A stretch of 64,000 nucleotides of DNA, from the NCBI RefSeq assembly GCF_000150275.1, contig NW_002060943.1:13174353-13238352 (forward strand), given 5' to 3'. The notes beneath the pieces were generated by a model. That model made no database searches and had not been told where the DNA came from. It saw only the letters and a list, made by a program, of their open reading frames with translations. The DNA comes from Trichoplax adhaerens (Eukaryota > Animalia > Placozoa). Below, one piece after another: positions 36,970-49,600 of this stretch. Within the stretch, counting starts at the first letter, position 1; each line of letters opens with the position of its first letter. The position numbers were made by a program, and so were the translations under genes.

Positions 36970-38752
36970 TCGTGATAATTAAAATCAATCAATTGAGTCA
37001 ACATTATTACTTTCCCTTACGATAGAAAACCATTCTCAATATCGTTAGTGGTAATTTAGACCTAGCATACTGCTACTCTCTTGTTTCGTGAATTAAGATC
37101 AACCAGTCAAGTCAACATGATGACACACCCTTACGATAGAAACCATTCTCAATATCGTTAGTGGTAATTTAAACCTAGCATTACTGCTGCTCTCTTGCTT
37201 CGCGAAATTAAAATCAATCAATTACATCAAAATTATGACACTCCCTTACGAACCATTCTCAATATCGCTAGTGGTGATTTAGACCTTGCATTATTGATAC
37301 TCTCTTGCTTGGTGAAATTAAAATCAGCCAGTTAAGTCAAGATTATGACACTCCCTTACGATAGAAAATCATTTTCAATATCGTTCGTGGTCATTCAGAC
37401 CTAGATAGAAAACCATCCTCAATATCGTTCGTGGTAATTTAGACCTAGCATTACTGCTACTCTCTTGCTTGGTGAAATTAAAATCAACCAGTTAAGTCAA
37501 CATTATGACACTCCCTTACGATAGAAAAGCATTCTCAATATCGTTAGTGGTGATTATTACTGCTACTCTCTTGCTTGCTGAAATTAAAATCAACCAGTCA
37601 AGTCAACATTATGACACTCCCTTACGATAGAAAAGTATTCTCAATCTCGTTAGTGGTGATTATCGCTGCTACTCTCTTGCTTGGTGAAATTAAAATCAAC
37701 CAGTTAAGTCAACATTATGACACTCCCTTACGATAGAAAAGTATTCTCAATATCGTTAGTGGTGATTATCGCTGCTACTCTCTTGCTTGCTGAAATTAAA
37801 ATCAACCAGTCAAGTCAACATTATGACACTCCCTTACGATAGAAAAGTATTCTCAATCTCGTTAGTGGTGATTATCGCTGCTACTCTCTTGCTTCGTGAA
37901 ATTAAAATCAACCAGTCAAGTCAACATTATGACACTCCCTTACGATAGAAAAGTATTCTCAATCTCGTTAGTGGTGATTATCGCTGCTACTCTCTTGCTT
38001 CGTGAAATTAAAATCAACCAGTCAAGTCAACATTATGACACTCCCTTACGATAGAAAAGTATTCTCAATCTCGTTAGTGGTGATTATCGCTGCTACTCTC
38101 TTGCTTCGTGAAATTAAAATCAACCAGTCAAGTCAACATTATGACACTCCCTTACGATAGAAAAGTATTCTCAATCTCGTTAGTGGTGATTATCGCTGCT
38201 ACTCTCTTGCTTGGTGAAATTAAAATCAACCAGTTAAGTCAACATTATGACACTCCCTTACGATAGAAAAGTATTCTCAACATCGTTAGTGGTGATTATC
38301 GCTGCTACTCTCTTGCTTGGTGAAATTAAAATCAACCAGTCAAGTCAACATTATGACACTCCCTTACGATAGAAAAGTATTCTCAATCTCGTTAGTGGTG
38401 ATTATCGCTGCTACTCTCTTGCTTGGTGAAATTAAAATCAACCAGTCAAGTCAACATTATGACACTCCCTTACGATAGAAAAGTATTCTCAATCTCGTTA
38501 GTGGTGATTATCGCTGCTACTCTCTTGCTTGGTGAAATTAAAATCAACCAGTCAAGTCAACATTATGACACTCCCTTACGATAGAAAAGCATTCTCAATC
38601 TCGTTAGTGGTGATTATCGCTGCTACTCTCTTGCTAGGTGAAATTAAAATCAACCAGTCAAGTCAACATTATGACACTCCCTTACGATAGAAAAGTATTC
38701 TCAACATCGTTAGTGGTGATTATCGCTGCTACTCTCTTGCTTCGTGAAATTA
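36970..38752. repeat. Tandem array, ~16 copies; ~119-bp diverged units on the left, homogeneous 106-bp units on the right
   Basis: GACACTCCCTTACGATAGAAAA at 37931 and 38461 (5 x 106). Left copies carry an extra TTAGACCTAGC segment. Confidence 0.96.
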
Positions 38753-38796
38753 GGATATGATTGCTGAGTTAGGTAGGCGGTAGCCATTAGGCACTT

Positions 38797-38810
38797 GTTT
38801 CCATGGTAAC
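38797..38810. promoter_or_regulatory. Candidate RFX X-box
   Basis: GTTTCCATGGTAAC matches the GTHNYY-AT-RRNAAC X-box consensus exactly. Confidence 0.3.
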
Positions 38811-38946
38811 GCTGTACGGTCTAAGCCACTGTAGCTCATGTTTGGGTAACGATCGATACTGCACAGAATTCCTGGGCTATTTCCGAAGAGTACATACGTA
38901 AGAGAAAACCACTGCTTTAATGGTGTCTGTAGCCTATTGCTGTAGA

Positions 38947-39059
38947 TCACGTTTGGGTATCTAAATTATCCCTGTCAGACAGCCGAGGTAGAGTGTTAGT
39001 GACGGTACTACTGGTACCTATGTCGGTCTTCGGTCGACAGGGTAGATACTGAAACGTGA
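38947..39059 (+). ncRNA. Candidate structured RNA island D: 113-nt long hairpin
   Basis: TCACGTTTGGGTATCTA/TAGATACTGAAACGTGA (16 of 17 paired), then CCCTGTC/GACAGGG, GAC/GTC, GCCGA/TCGGT and GGTA/TACC. Confidence 0.5.
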
Positions 39060-40680
39060 CTTATGGCACTAATATATTGTATTAACGACACAGCCATACA
39101 ACCGCTGATTGGTAGTCTGCCGATTTGCTGCAAGTTAATCGTTGCAGCTCTCCATGTTGAATGCAGGCTGATTTGTTCATGAAGGATAACTTTTACTCCT
39201 TTAAAGCCAGTAATATAATTTCATCCATATGAAGAGCTCGAATATCGTTGTTGGTAAGCTCAAAATTACTTTGTAAGGAAATCAAATGATGTTTCATGTT
39301 ACTGTCAGTCCTAAAGATCGAGTGAATATCCATCAAATAAATCGTTTGTCTGTCCATGGACGACCTATTGCGTTGTTGCATGCATTCTCACAAGAATTCC
39401 TATTAAGAAGTCAGCTAGATTAAATACATACTGAAGTCTTATGTGATACTATGAATAGGGTGGATTGCGTTGTAGAGATGATACCTTTACACCTCTTTCA
39501 TTAGTGATAGAAAGACAGTATAAAAATAGCTCTTGTACTGGAGTGCACCTTTTTTTTAGCTGCAGCAATGCATCGTATTCATCCAGCTGCAATAAAATTG
39601 GGTCAGGAGGCAATTTGGAAGGAGCGGACTTCAAACAGGTGTAGTAGGAGTACAAAAGTGAGAACTTTTACGTTAGTAGTAAGAAATTTCGATGCTATTC
39701 TCGGTCAAGTTTGAGTTAGCATAGATTAGCGATCTGAAAAGGGATTGCCGTGAGGATTCATGCACTAAATGAGCTGAAATACTCGGAGAACATAGCTGCC
39801 ATTTACAATTATTCATGACTAACCCTAAGGAATGCATTGACACATACAGTACTATAGGCTATCGTCAAGAGCATTACATTTTAGAGATGTTAAATACTGT
39901 TCAGATTGCTAATCCTATTCTATTTTCGTCGTCCTTCTGTCCTAAAAAACTTGAAATTTTATTTATCGTGCATCCACGTGTATGACATTGGAGATACCAT
40001 CAAATGGCGTCTGCTTCCCAAGCTAGTATTATCTGGATTAACTTGTAAGCCCTACAATAACATCATCTGTCTAATTTTGTTCAGAATAGGAATGATACAC
40101 CATTAAAAAAATCATGGCTGGTACCACGGAGGTTATGGATCTTATTCAAGTAAAGCTACAACAATTTCTTAGGTAATGATATGTTAGTCTAAACAAGGTA
40201 AAACTAGAACAGTAAGTGACTATGTCCTACAAAAGGAAATTTTTTATATTTTTGAAAATGATTTCTGCAATTCAGAAGAGCGTAATGTACTACTGTACTT
40301 CACCACATTCTGACATTATCAAGTATGATGGAAGTTGCCGCTGCAATTTTGCTCGCGTAGCTTGATCACATAATATTGAGATATTTACGTTCAAGTGTTT
40401 TAATTTAGCACCTACAATTGTAGCTTCCTTACAAGGAGTAAATAGTTAAGGATGAATCTAACATAACTTAAGCTATAGCGTAATCATTAATTATACTAGT
40501 GCACATTGAGTTGAAATAGTAATCTCCATTGAAATCGACTTTTGCCCAATTGCTAAAGTTGTGATATTATTTCATATATACTGTGCTCATTAATTACTAA
40601 AATAGTAGTGCAAAAGTAAAAAATCTGTAATAGCTTTTGCTCATATCTTGCCATCAGCAGTGAAAATTTCTTTGCAGTGT

Positions 40681-43600
40681 ATGTCTAGTAGTTATAATAT
40701 CCAATTGCTATCTAGATTCCCAGAGCTAAAATCCGAAATATTAGATGCCATGCACAATTTGGATTGTAAAAATCTCACGACATTAATATATGAACATGTT
40801 GTTATCAGTGAAAATAGTATCCGACAGAAATTAGCAATTCTAGATGAATTACTGCGATCGTTAGAAAGCAGCTCAACTGAATTACAGGAAGATGATATCC
40901 CAAATAGCGTGCTGCAGTTATCTTGCAGTGTATATTTACAAGAACAGGGTAACTTAAAGCAATGCAGGCGATTAGAGAAGGTAGTCAAGCTACAGATTAT
41001 CCTTTACAAGTATATATACATTAGCTCTTAGCTAATGCTTATACAATATTTAATTAGTAAAATTTTTAATCTCATTAATGCCTCCTTTTATGCAGCTGCT
41101 TTATAAATTATCAAGCATTAATCAGGCCAAATTCAGTGCGATATTCTCGAATGAAATTAATGAATTACTACGTAAAGATTTGGTCAGTACTGGATAAGCA
41201 CGACTGCATGTGTAAATAGCTATATTCGTATATACATATGTGATATAAATTACGATTTTCTGTTTATATTTGGTAGGACCATTTGCCTAATCGTCTCAGG
41301 ACCGGTAGGTTGATCTCCTGATAGGATTTATGTCATCAATCTTTCTATGTGCAATACTGGATACTTTACTACAGTAAAAAAGATTGTTGTCATCTTATGC
41401 AATTCTGACTGTTATTATGCGTCATATAATTCGCTTTGTATCATAGTTGTTTACTTGGCTGAAGGTTCTAAACTAACCCGTGAAACGTTCGCATTATCCA
41501 TTGATTCCTTGATCACATACGTAGCCTATGCCTGCAACGAGATCATCCTAAAAGTAAGTTTAACAGTTGTAAACTGAAGTGCAGAATTTAGTGATAAATG
41601 ATACAATACAAGAGTGTTATCTGCATGGACTTCCGTTATTGAAACTAATATTTGAATGTAAGAAATAAGTTTTAATCAAAGTAGTTTAAATAAATGACGA
41701 ACTGTATTTAATATGGTATCTATCTTGATGCTGTCATTTTATTATGTGTATTACCAAAGGCTTCTAGACGGCCCAAAGTAATATTATCTTTAATTATTTC
41801 TATTGCAATTTATTCTTTAATAAAGAGTAAAAATTTAACCCTACTCTCATCCATAGGCTAAGGAAATTCAGCCCGAGAACATCACTATGACTGCTAAGGT
41901 TGATAAAATGTTATGAAATTATACCAAGATTTTAGAGTGTTGACTCTTTTATCCACGTTCGAATCGTTGCTAAGTGTAATGCTGGTTTCATCTTTTAGCT
42001 AACTTTACAATTATTCCAACATTTTCCTGAAGTATGTATGAGGGCTGTGTGGGGGACTGAAAATAAAGGTAATTAAACGCCGAATCGTCTTTTAATGTTA
42101 TTGATTACATTTCATCGATATCTAGTTTATAGTTAGTATCGCACTGATAGCATCTTCTCTTCCATGTATAGGCGACTTACATTCAAAGTTTGAACTTATG
42201 ATCAAATCTGTATTAAAAATTATTTTTCAATGTGTAAGTTTAATTTACAGCATCACCTGATTGTATGAAGCGGAATGCTTATTTGTCATCATTATTTTTA
42301 TAAAAACGCGACGCTATCATTGCAGGCAGATGCTATTGATACATTATTGATGGCAAGTACAGCATTGGGGATGTTGATCAATATATCACAAGATCTAAAA
42401 CTCGGATGTAATACAGTTACAAATTTACTTATTTTATCAGGTATAAAAATCTACCATATACGTATATCATCTCTTCAAAGTGATGCGTTCTCGTTTTAAT
42501 TGATATTGCAAGGTCTTCTATCTTGTAATAAATCATCTGTTTACTCCTAGGTGCAATTGATGAACCCAAAGAACGGCAGGTAGAATCTTTTACTGCGTAG
42601 GGAAATTGAAATTCTATTGGATTGTGTTTAGTTTTCTACATAGCATTATACGTTTATAAATTTTTATTTTTTAATGGTTTACTTCATAACTGTTCATAAT
42701 TTCTCAGAACATCACTGTCTATGGTTTAAAAGTTGGAAACATCTTTGTTGATACCTCATTTTTAAAGTGTATCAGCGAATCAGCTACAAATTTTACGACT
42801 CTACTTTTAATAAGAGGCTTACTGAATTCTGGAAATATTAAGCTGCTTGCTGTGTCAACTACTATGATAAAGAAAACAAAACCGGAGGTAGATCGTCAAA
42901 ATGTATATTTTGGTTGCGTTCTTTATTTAAGCCAATTTTACCTATGTAAGGTTATTAATGACCAAGTTTAGTGACTTTAAGTTTTGTTTTATTTATTTAG
43001 GATTCTCAGTTAGGTCGTGTTCTACTATTAATCTTATTACGTTTGTGTAAAGATCTAAGCAATTCAAACTTTCACTATCAGGCTGTCCAGAGTAAGTATA
43101 GCGATCATATTTTGGTCTTAGGCACAATTTTAATTTGTGCTACCATGCTATGTTGCGTCTCGACTACTTTGTATGTGTAAAGGCAACTGATATTATGAAT
43201 CCTTTCAAATTAGTGATGGCATCTTAGTTGTTTGTAATGGCATGTAATTGATATTCTGGTAATGCCAAAGCTATCTCTTATGTTATTCTCATTATCCAGC
43301 TTTTGCCCAGTGGTTACAAAATACAAAAGAAATGTTACTAGAAGTGAAGATGGACGATCATTTACCTTTATTTGTATCTCATAGTCCTGTAACTGATGAA
43401 ATCTTGAAATTTATCTGGGAGTCTATTAATGATCCTGTAAGAAATGGCAATGAATAAAAATATCTAATTTGTGTTTATAACTATTATTAACAGTTTTAAA
43501 ATCTTCAAGCAGTGGGCTTCTGGAGTACGTATTTTAATTTCTATATTATTCTCGCCAAACCTCAGATTGATGGTGTGTCATATCACGTTAAGAACATTTT

Positions 43601-46600
43601 CAGCTTACTATTATTGGTGCACTCTTTAGAATGTAAATTAAGACAAATACCTGAAAACGACGAGGTAAATTATTTAGTAAGTTGCCTTTGCTATCATCAA
43701 CTTTATCAGTACATGATTATGATCCAAAAATGCATTATTCTTATTTCCTAATCAAGTTTGTCCGAGAACTAATTAATAAGACGCTAATGATATCATGGCA
43801 GTCAAAAGGCAGATATGCTCTTTTGCACTGTATCATCAAACAAGCTGGGCCTAAAGTAGTAAGTTTATTAGATGCTCATGGAGTTGTTTTGGTATTATGC
43901 AAATAAAATATATAAAGTTATTGGCGCGTATGATTCATTTCTGTCTAGGTATTAAACATTGATAAAACTTTACCTTTCGCGCTGTCTCGGTGTTTAAGTA
44001 TCAATTCCTTGGCTTCAATTTCATGCGATATTTACAAAACTTTCTTGAACGATTTACAGTAAGAGTATTGCTTATTCGTAGCAATTCAAAGTGAACTATC
44101 CATTATGCCGTAGTTCTTACTGTTTTAATCCTGCTAAATTCTATTATAGGGTAGGTTTACTGATTAATCCTAAACAATATGCAAGATTAAATGAATATTA
44201 CAGATACCAGCATAGCCAAGCTTTAAAGATATTGGTTTTTGGTTTTTTACTTGAAATAAATTTGTGAATTATGGATTTGCTAAGTTGACTTGGTGAATCA
44301 AAAAATCTGTTATCAATATCAATATTGTTCTGATTTAATTATGTATGGAAGGAACAATTAGAATGCCCATATGAATTTTGATATGATTCGATCTTAAAAA
44401 TCTAGGTTATGCATTTTATTCGCATTAATCAGTTTATATCTCGTTTTGCGTATGCTAAATGCCATATTAAGAGTGAAGACATCATAAGCAGTTGGGCGAC
44501 GGCGTGGATAGATCCAATTATAAATGGATTATTTGACGATGAAGATGCGTAAGTGAATAAATTCCAGCTTTAGGAAGTAGTACTAAAAATGATTAGCTAA
44601 CTTTAGATATATCGACATTAGGTTGCTTCGACACAACATGCGAATTTACTGGTTACCGGCAACTTTGTCTATAATCTCCAATTCCTTGCATCAATTGTTA
44701 GACGCCAGTGAATTAAGATTTAATAATATGAACTCGAAATGCCCCTCCGCTAGAGCTACACTTCGACATATACATGCAAAAGTAATGATCTACAATGCCG
44801 CCAAAGCATTGGATATTATTCATGTAACTGAATTGGTAAGACTTTTTTATATTACTTTATTCTGAGGAATTAATAATGGTAGCCTACGTCATGCTATTTT
44901 ATATGGTTTGCTACTTATGCTGATTGAGTAGATTAGCTCATGGAATATACATACTGTCTGATAGCAAGACCACATAAGAAATGTTCTTTGTAACGCCTTT
45001 TATAGCCTGAAGAATTATTGGATTCCTCTTTGCAATGCTGGGATGATGATATTCGTATGGATGCAATATCGCTGCTGTGTTTTAGCCAAAAGCGCGCTGG
45101 TAAAAAAATCTTACATTAACGCTGATGAAATGATTTGTTTATGCTAGTCCAGTATGGTGGCTTTGCTTTGTTGATTATGACATTATCTTTTTTACTTATG
45201 TTAGATGGTTTAACTGATATGGAAATAAAATTTCTACGCCAGTATCTACCTCTTAATTTCAATAGTGATAACGCTGCATTTCGCCAACGACTGTTAGCTA
45301 GTTTGAAAGTCCTACTTGAGCGAATTCGAGATAGCAGGTAAGGCACTTAATCCATATACAGTTTCCTAAATGCACGAGTAATATGAAGTACCTTGCCATA
45401 TTTTTGCTTATACGTTATGATTCTTATCAAATGACCGATCATAAAGATGCTCATCAGTATTAATTGCCTACTAGTTTATCGATGTTTAAGGAATATAGGT
45501 TATTGCGGAAACGGCAACTTGCAGGCTCTGATGAATTTAGAATCTTAAATCAGCGGATAATGACTAATATAGGTAACCACAGATGACAGGACATTATAAA
45601 CATTGTGCAGTAGGCATATTGGGATCTTGTGTACTGAACGTTAACATGCAAAATCTCATCATACTACTCTAAATTTATTGTAGAAGTCCTAGACTGGCTA
45701 TTTAATTGCAGCATTGAATGCTTGAATCCTGATTCGTCTTTTCAGCGATCAATTACAGGTTTAGTTTAAACTTTAAAATACTACAAACCTGATACCAATT
45801 GATTAGATGATCGAAGATCAATTCTAGTACATTGTAAAACTCGGTACAGGACTTAAAGTATGCAGCCTAATATTTCAAATTATCGCATCTACTTGGAATC
45901 CGGATAAAAGGAAAGGCCAGCCCCCAGGTACTAGGCTTATGTTTCCTGTACTTGTTTTTGAACGCAATTTGAACACGTTAATCCAACTATTAATTAATCC
46001 TATACGTATTTCATGAAGCTGCTATGGCGGAATTAATTAATTGGGCGCATCGACAGCAACGCCTGCAATTTCTATCTCCTAGGTGAAGTTTTTACTTTGT
46101 CTAATGTTTTTATGCAAGTATAGCTGTTTTATTAATTATTATTGTTTTTTATTCTGTTAGGAACCTAGGAATATTATTTCATTGCTTCCAAAGTCAACAT
46201 GGCGAGGTATCACATGACTCGATTCTGTGTTCTAGTCAAAATTTAATGTTTTAAACTATTTCTGGTATCTAATTCTTTATGAACATGGTCCTTGATAATA
46301 TTATAGATGGAATCGGCTTCGAAAGAAATTCTTTATAAATACGTTGCCTGGCCTATAGCAATTAAAACAGCAACCGATCACGAAAAGTTCTTAGCCGTTC
46401 TTGCAATCAATACCTATTATTTAATTTGCAGTCCAAAAGCATCAGATTGCAATCACGGAGCGTCATTAATGGCACTGATTGTCAATAGGTTGTCACTGTA
46501 TCGTTCCAACAGTCAGGTTTTATTCTAACTAGTACATTACCACCGAAGAATAGTTGTAACCTATAACTTATCCTTCATTTAAAAAGGTATTTAACAAATG

Positions 46601-49600
46601 GATTCTCAATGCAATTAAATGAAAATTGCCAGGGCTTTGAGATATTGAAGATTGATGGACTTTCTACTGTTAACGAAGATGCATCTCTACAGGCCATGAC
46701 GGTCTTGCATAAATTATTAGATCATCAGCTTACTTCGGCTAAACAGTTTCTGACATTTGCTATTAAGGAAACTCCTATCTACGGTATTTAAATTGATGAA
46801 ATAGGTCTAGATAACTTTACCTTTTTATTAAGGCACGCTAGAATGCAAATGTATTGTATACGAGCATAAACTTCAAGTTACTATTATAAGAGTTTATAAT
46901 ATCAGTTTTATAATATAATTTAATGCCCCATATATCAGATTCCATTCGGGATCAAGATGACCGCTTTTAGTCAATTTTTTGTTTAGTTTTTAAAGTAATA
47001 ATTTTTCAATTGAATTAAATTCAGGTATAATAACGACTATACGTCGGTGTTTACTGGAATGTCCAAATTTCATTAAGAGTAACAAGAAAAGCGCCGTGGG
47101 CAATGTGAAGCTAGCATCTCCTTTGTCTTTCTCTATTCAAGAATGGCGCACTGCTTTAAAAAAAATAATTCGTCTGGCAGACGAACTGATCAATTATATC
47201 TTGTTCGATATCTTGTCAGGTTAGTCAAGCTTGTCTTGTAAAATAAGACAGAAAACAATAAATTATTTTATCAAAACATTATGAAGCAATGTTTACATCG
47301 CAAAATTTAGCATCATCTTTATCACCGTATTACTGGTACGTAGATAATGACATCTCTGAATTAGAAACTTCGGCCTCCTTTGCTGATATGGGTAAAGCAA
47401 TTAACCGCATTATTCTATCTGATACCCAACATAAACTTGAGGATAACAGTTCGAGTACAGCCATGTATGACCTAGTAATTTCTTTTTGCTGGTTAAATCT
47501 GAAGGTAAATTTTGCTATTGTAGCTTAATATAACAAGTTTATAATGAACAGCATTGGTCATATATTAATACAATTATTAACTGTATCAATAGGAGATTGG
47601 TTTGCTAATAGGGGCAATTGTCGATACTGTTCCACTATGCACGATAAAGTTTGAAATGGATAAGTCTGCTAAGGATAGTCAGGGCTTTCTAGAGACTGAA
47701 GATGTTGAAAAAATTGGCGACATGTTCATCAAACTTTTAACAAAGTGTCGTCATAAAGTAAGATCAAGAAATAAATTCAGGTTTCTATCATAATGCAGAA
47801 ATATATTATGATTCTTTTTTGATGTGATCATATTTAGGGTGTTATTGAAGGCTGTAGCATAGGCTTTGTTCAGGTCTGCACAAAGTTATTATGCAGTTCA
47901 TCGTCAACTTATCAAGATATACCTAAATTGTGGCTAACTCAGGTTCCTTAAACTTTTTGTCTAAATACAGTAAAGATTAACAACTGTTTGTATTTATGTA
48001 TTGAAATTTGACAAAGCATGTTCTCTATTTCAATAAGGCTTTGTCTGTCATTACCACCGATCAAATGTCTTCATCCTTTACCAAGAAGAGGTGATAATAA
48101 ATAGATACTAAAACTGAGTTACTAAAATTTAGTATCTCAAGTAGGATATGTTTTCCCTTTGATTCTAAATTGTTCTAAGTAATATCTCTGTTCTGTATAT
48201 TGTAGCGCTGGCTTGCCGTTATTAATTCAGTCTATTGTATCGAGTGAGCCGCAAAATGCGAAGGTAAATACTACTACGGATCCTGATTATTATACTGCTT
48301 AATAACATTGTAAATTAAGATCGATATTCGTGTATGCACGTACATTAAATTGTGGTTAATTATATTCTAATCGAATATTGAACGTCGAAGAAAACTCTGC
48401 TAAGATTAAGCATGAAAACATTAGAATTAGTCACTCGTCGGCCTATTGGTGAAGAATATGACGAAACTACTGATTTACCGCAGGTGTGCTACTCTCAGTT
48501 TGAAATAGAATATCTGGTTTCAATGTATTGATGATATAAGCTTGCAATATATGTTACTAAGTTTAGATTAGCGACTCAATCATAAGGTAGTAATGACTTC
48601 AATATTTTGCGCAGCAAGTTCAATTGGTTAAATCTTAAGTTATGATTATTATTTACCGTGCGTAATATATCCAAGGATGTGAACGTATTATGCTGCAGTA
48701 TAGACTGTTTGATTGCAATTGCCTTAAGTTATTTACTTTCTATTTTGGGCAAAAACAGACTCATGCATTAAATGTAATGAAGGTCCTTTATCGGGATTCT
48801 AGTCTTGGTGGTGATGTTTTGTGTTATGCGGCCGATGGAGTTAAATGTGCTATACAGGGACTGCGGAATCCAATTTGGACTATTCGAAATGCTTCCATGC
48901 ACTTATACGGAGCATTAGTTTCGCGTCTGTTTGGTCAGAAACGTGTTCGTGATGAACATTCTAATTATAACAATACCCAAGCTGCAGAATTTTTCTCTCG
49001 CTATCCTTCCCTGAAGCCGTTTCTGCTAGATGAATTAAAACTAGCGTTCGAGGATGGAGAAGTTCGTAGAACGGCCTGGATTCATGGTGGCGTTTATCCG
49101 GCATTAATTATTTTATCCAAACTCCAGCAGGATGAAGAGATAGATAGTACAAAGTAATCTACTTTAGATAAATACTGCTTAAAATTCTTATTTCATATCT
49201 AAGGACTTCGAATTTTTTAATGTTATGCCATTTTATTAAATACAGTCCATTGCAAGATTTCATTCCTCTCTTAATGAAACTATTATCAGCAGCTTTGCTA
49301 CAGCTGCGAGATTTAGCTGCAAGATCTGTTGCTGCTTTCATTTCTAAAAGTTAGTTTAGAGAATATCATTTATTAGGGTTGTGTATGAGTTTTAAGTACA
49401 TACTAATTGGTTTCTAGGTAAATGTCTCGATACTGCCATTAAACTTTTGCGTGATATAAACGAAATGCCTTCACAAAATCACGTTCATGGCACTTTGATT
49501 ACAGTTTATCACTTAGCCATTAACATCCTTCAATTGCGCGATTACAGCAGAATTAGGTAGCAAGTTAGATTTATCAATTATTTCAGACTGTTCTTGTTTA

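Noticed and set aside
36970-38752. Arrays as CRISPR-like loci
   Set aside because: Units are head-to-tail with no unique spacers, there are no cas genes, and the context is eukaryotic.
39819-39828. CTAACCCTAA, identical to the vertebrate telomerase RNA template
   Set aside because: I could see no pseudoknot, P6.1 or H/ACA elements downstream, and one 10-mer in 64 kb is plausible by chance.
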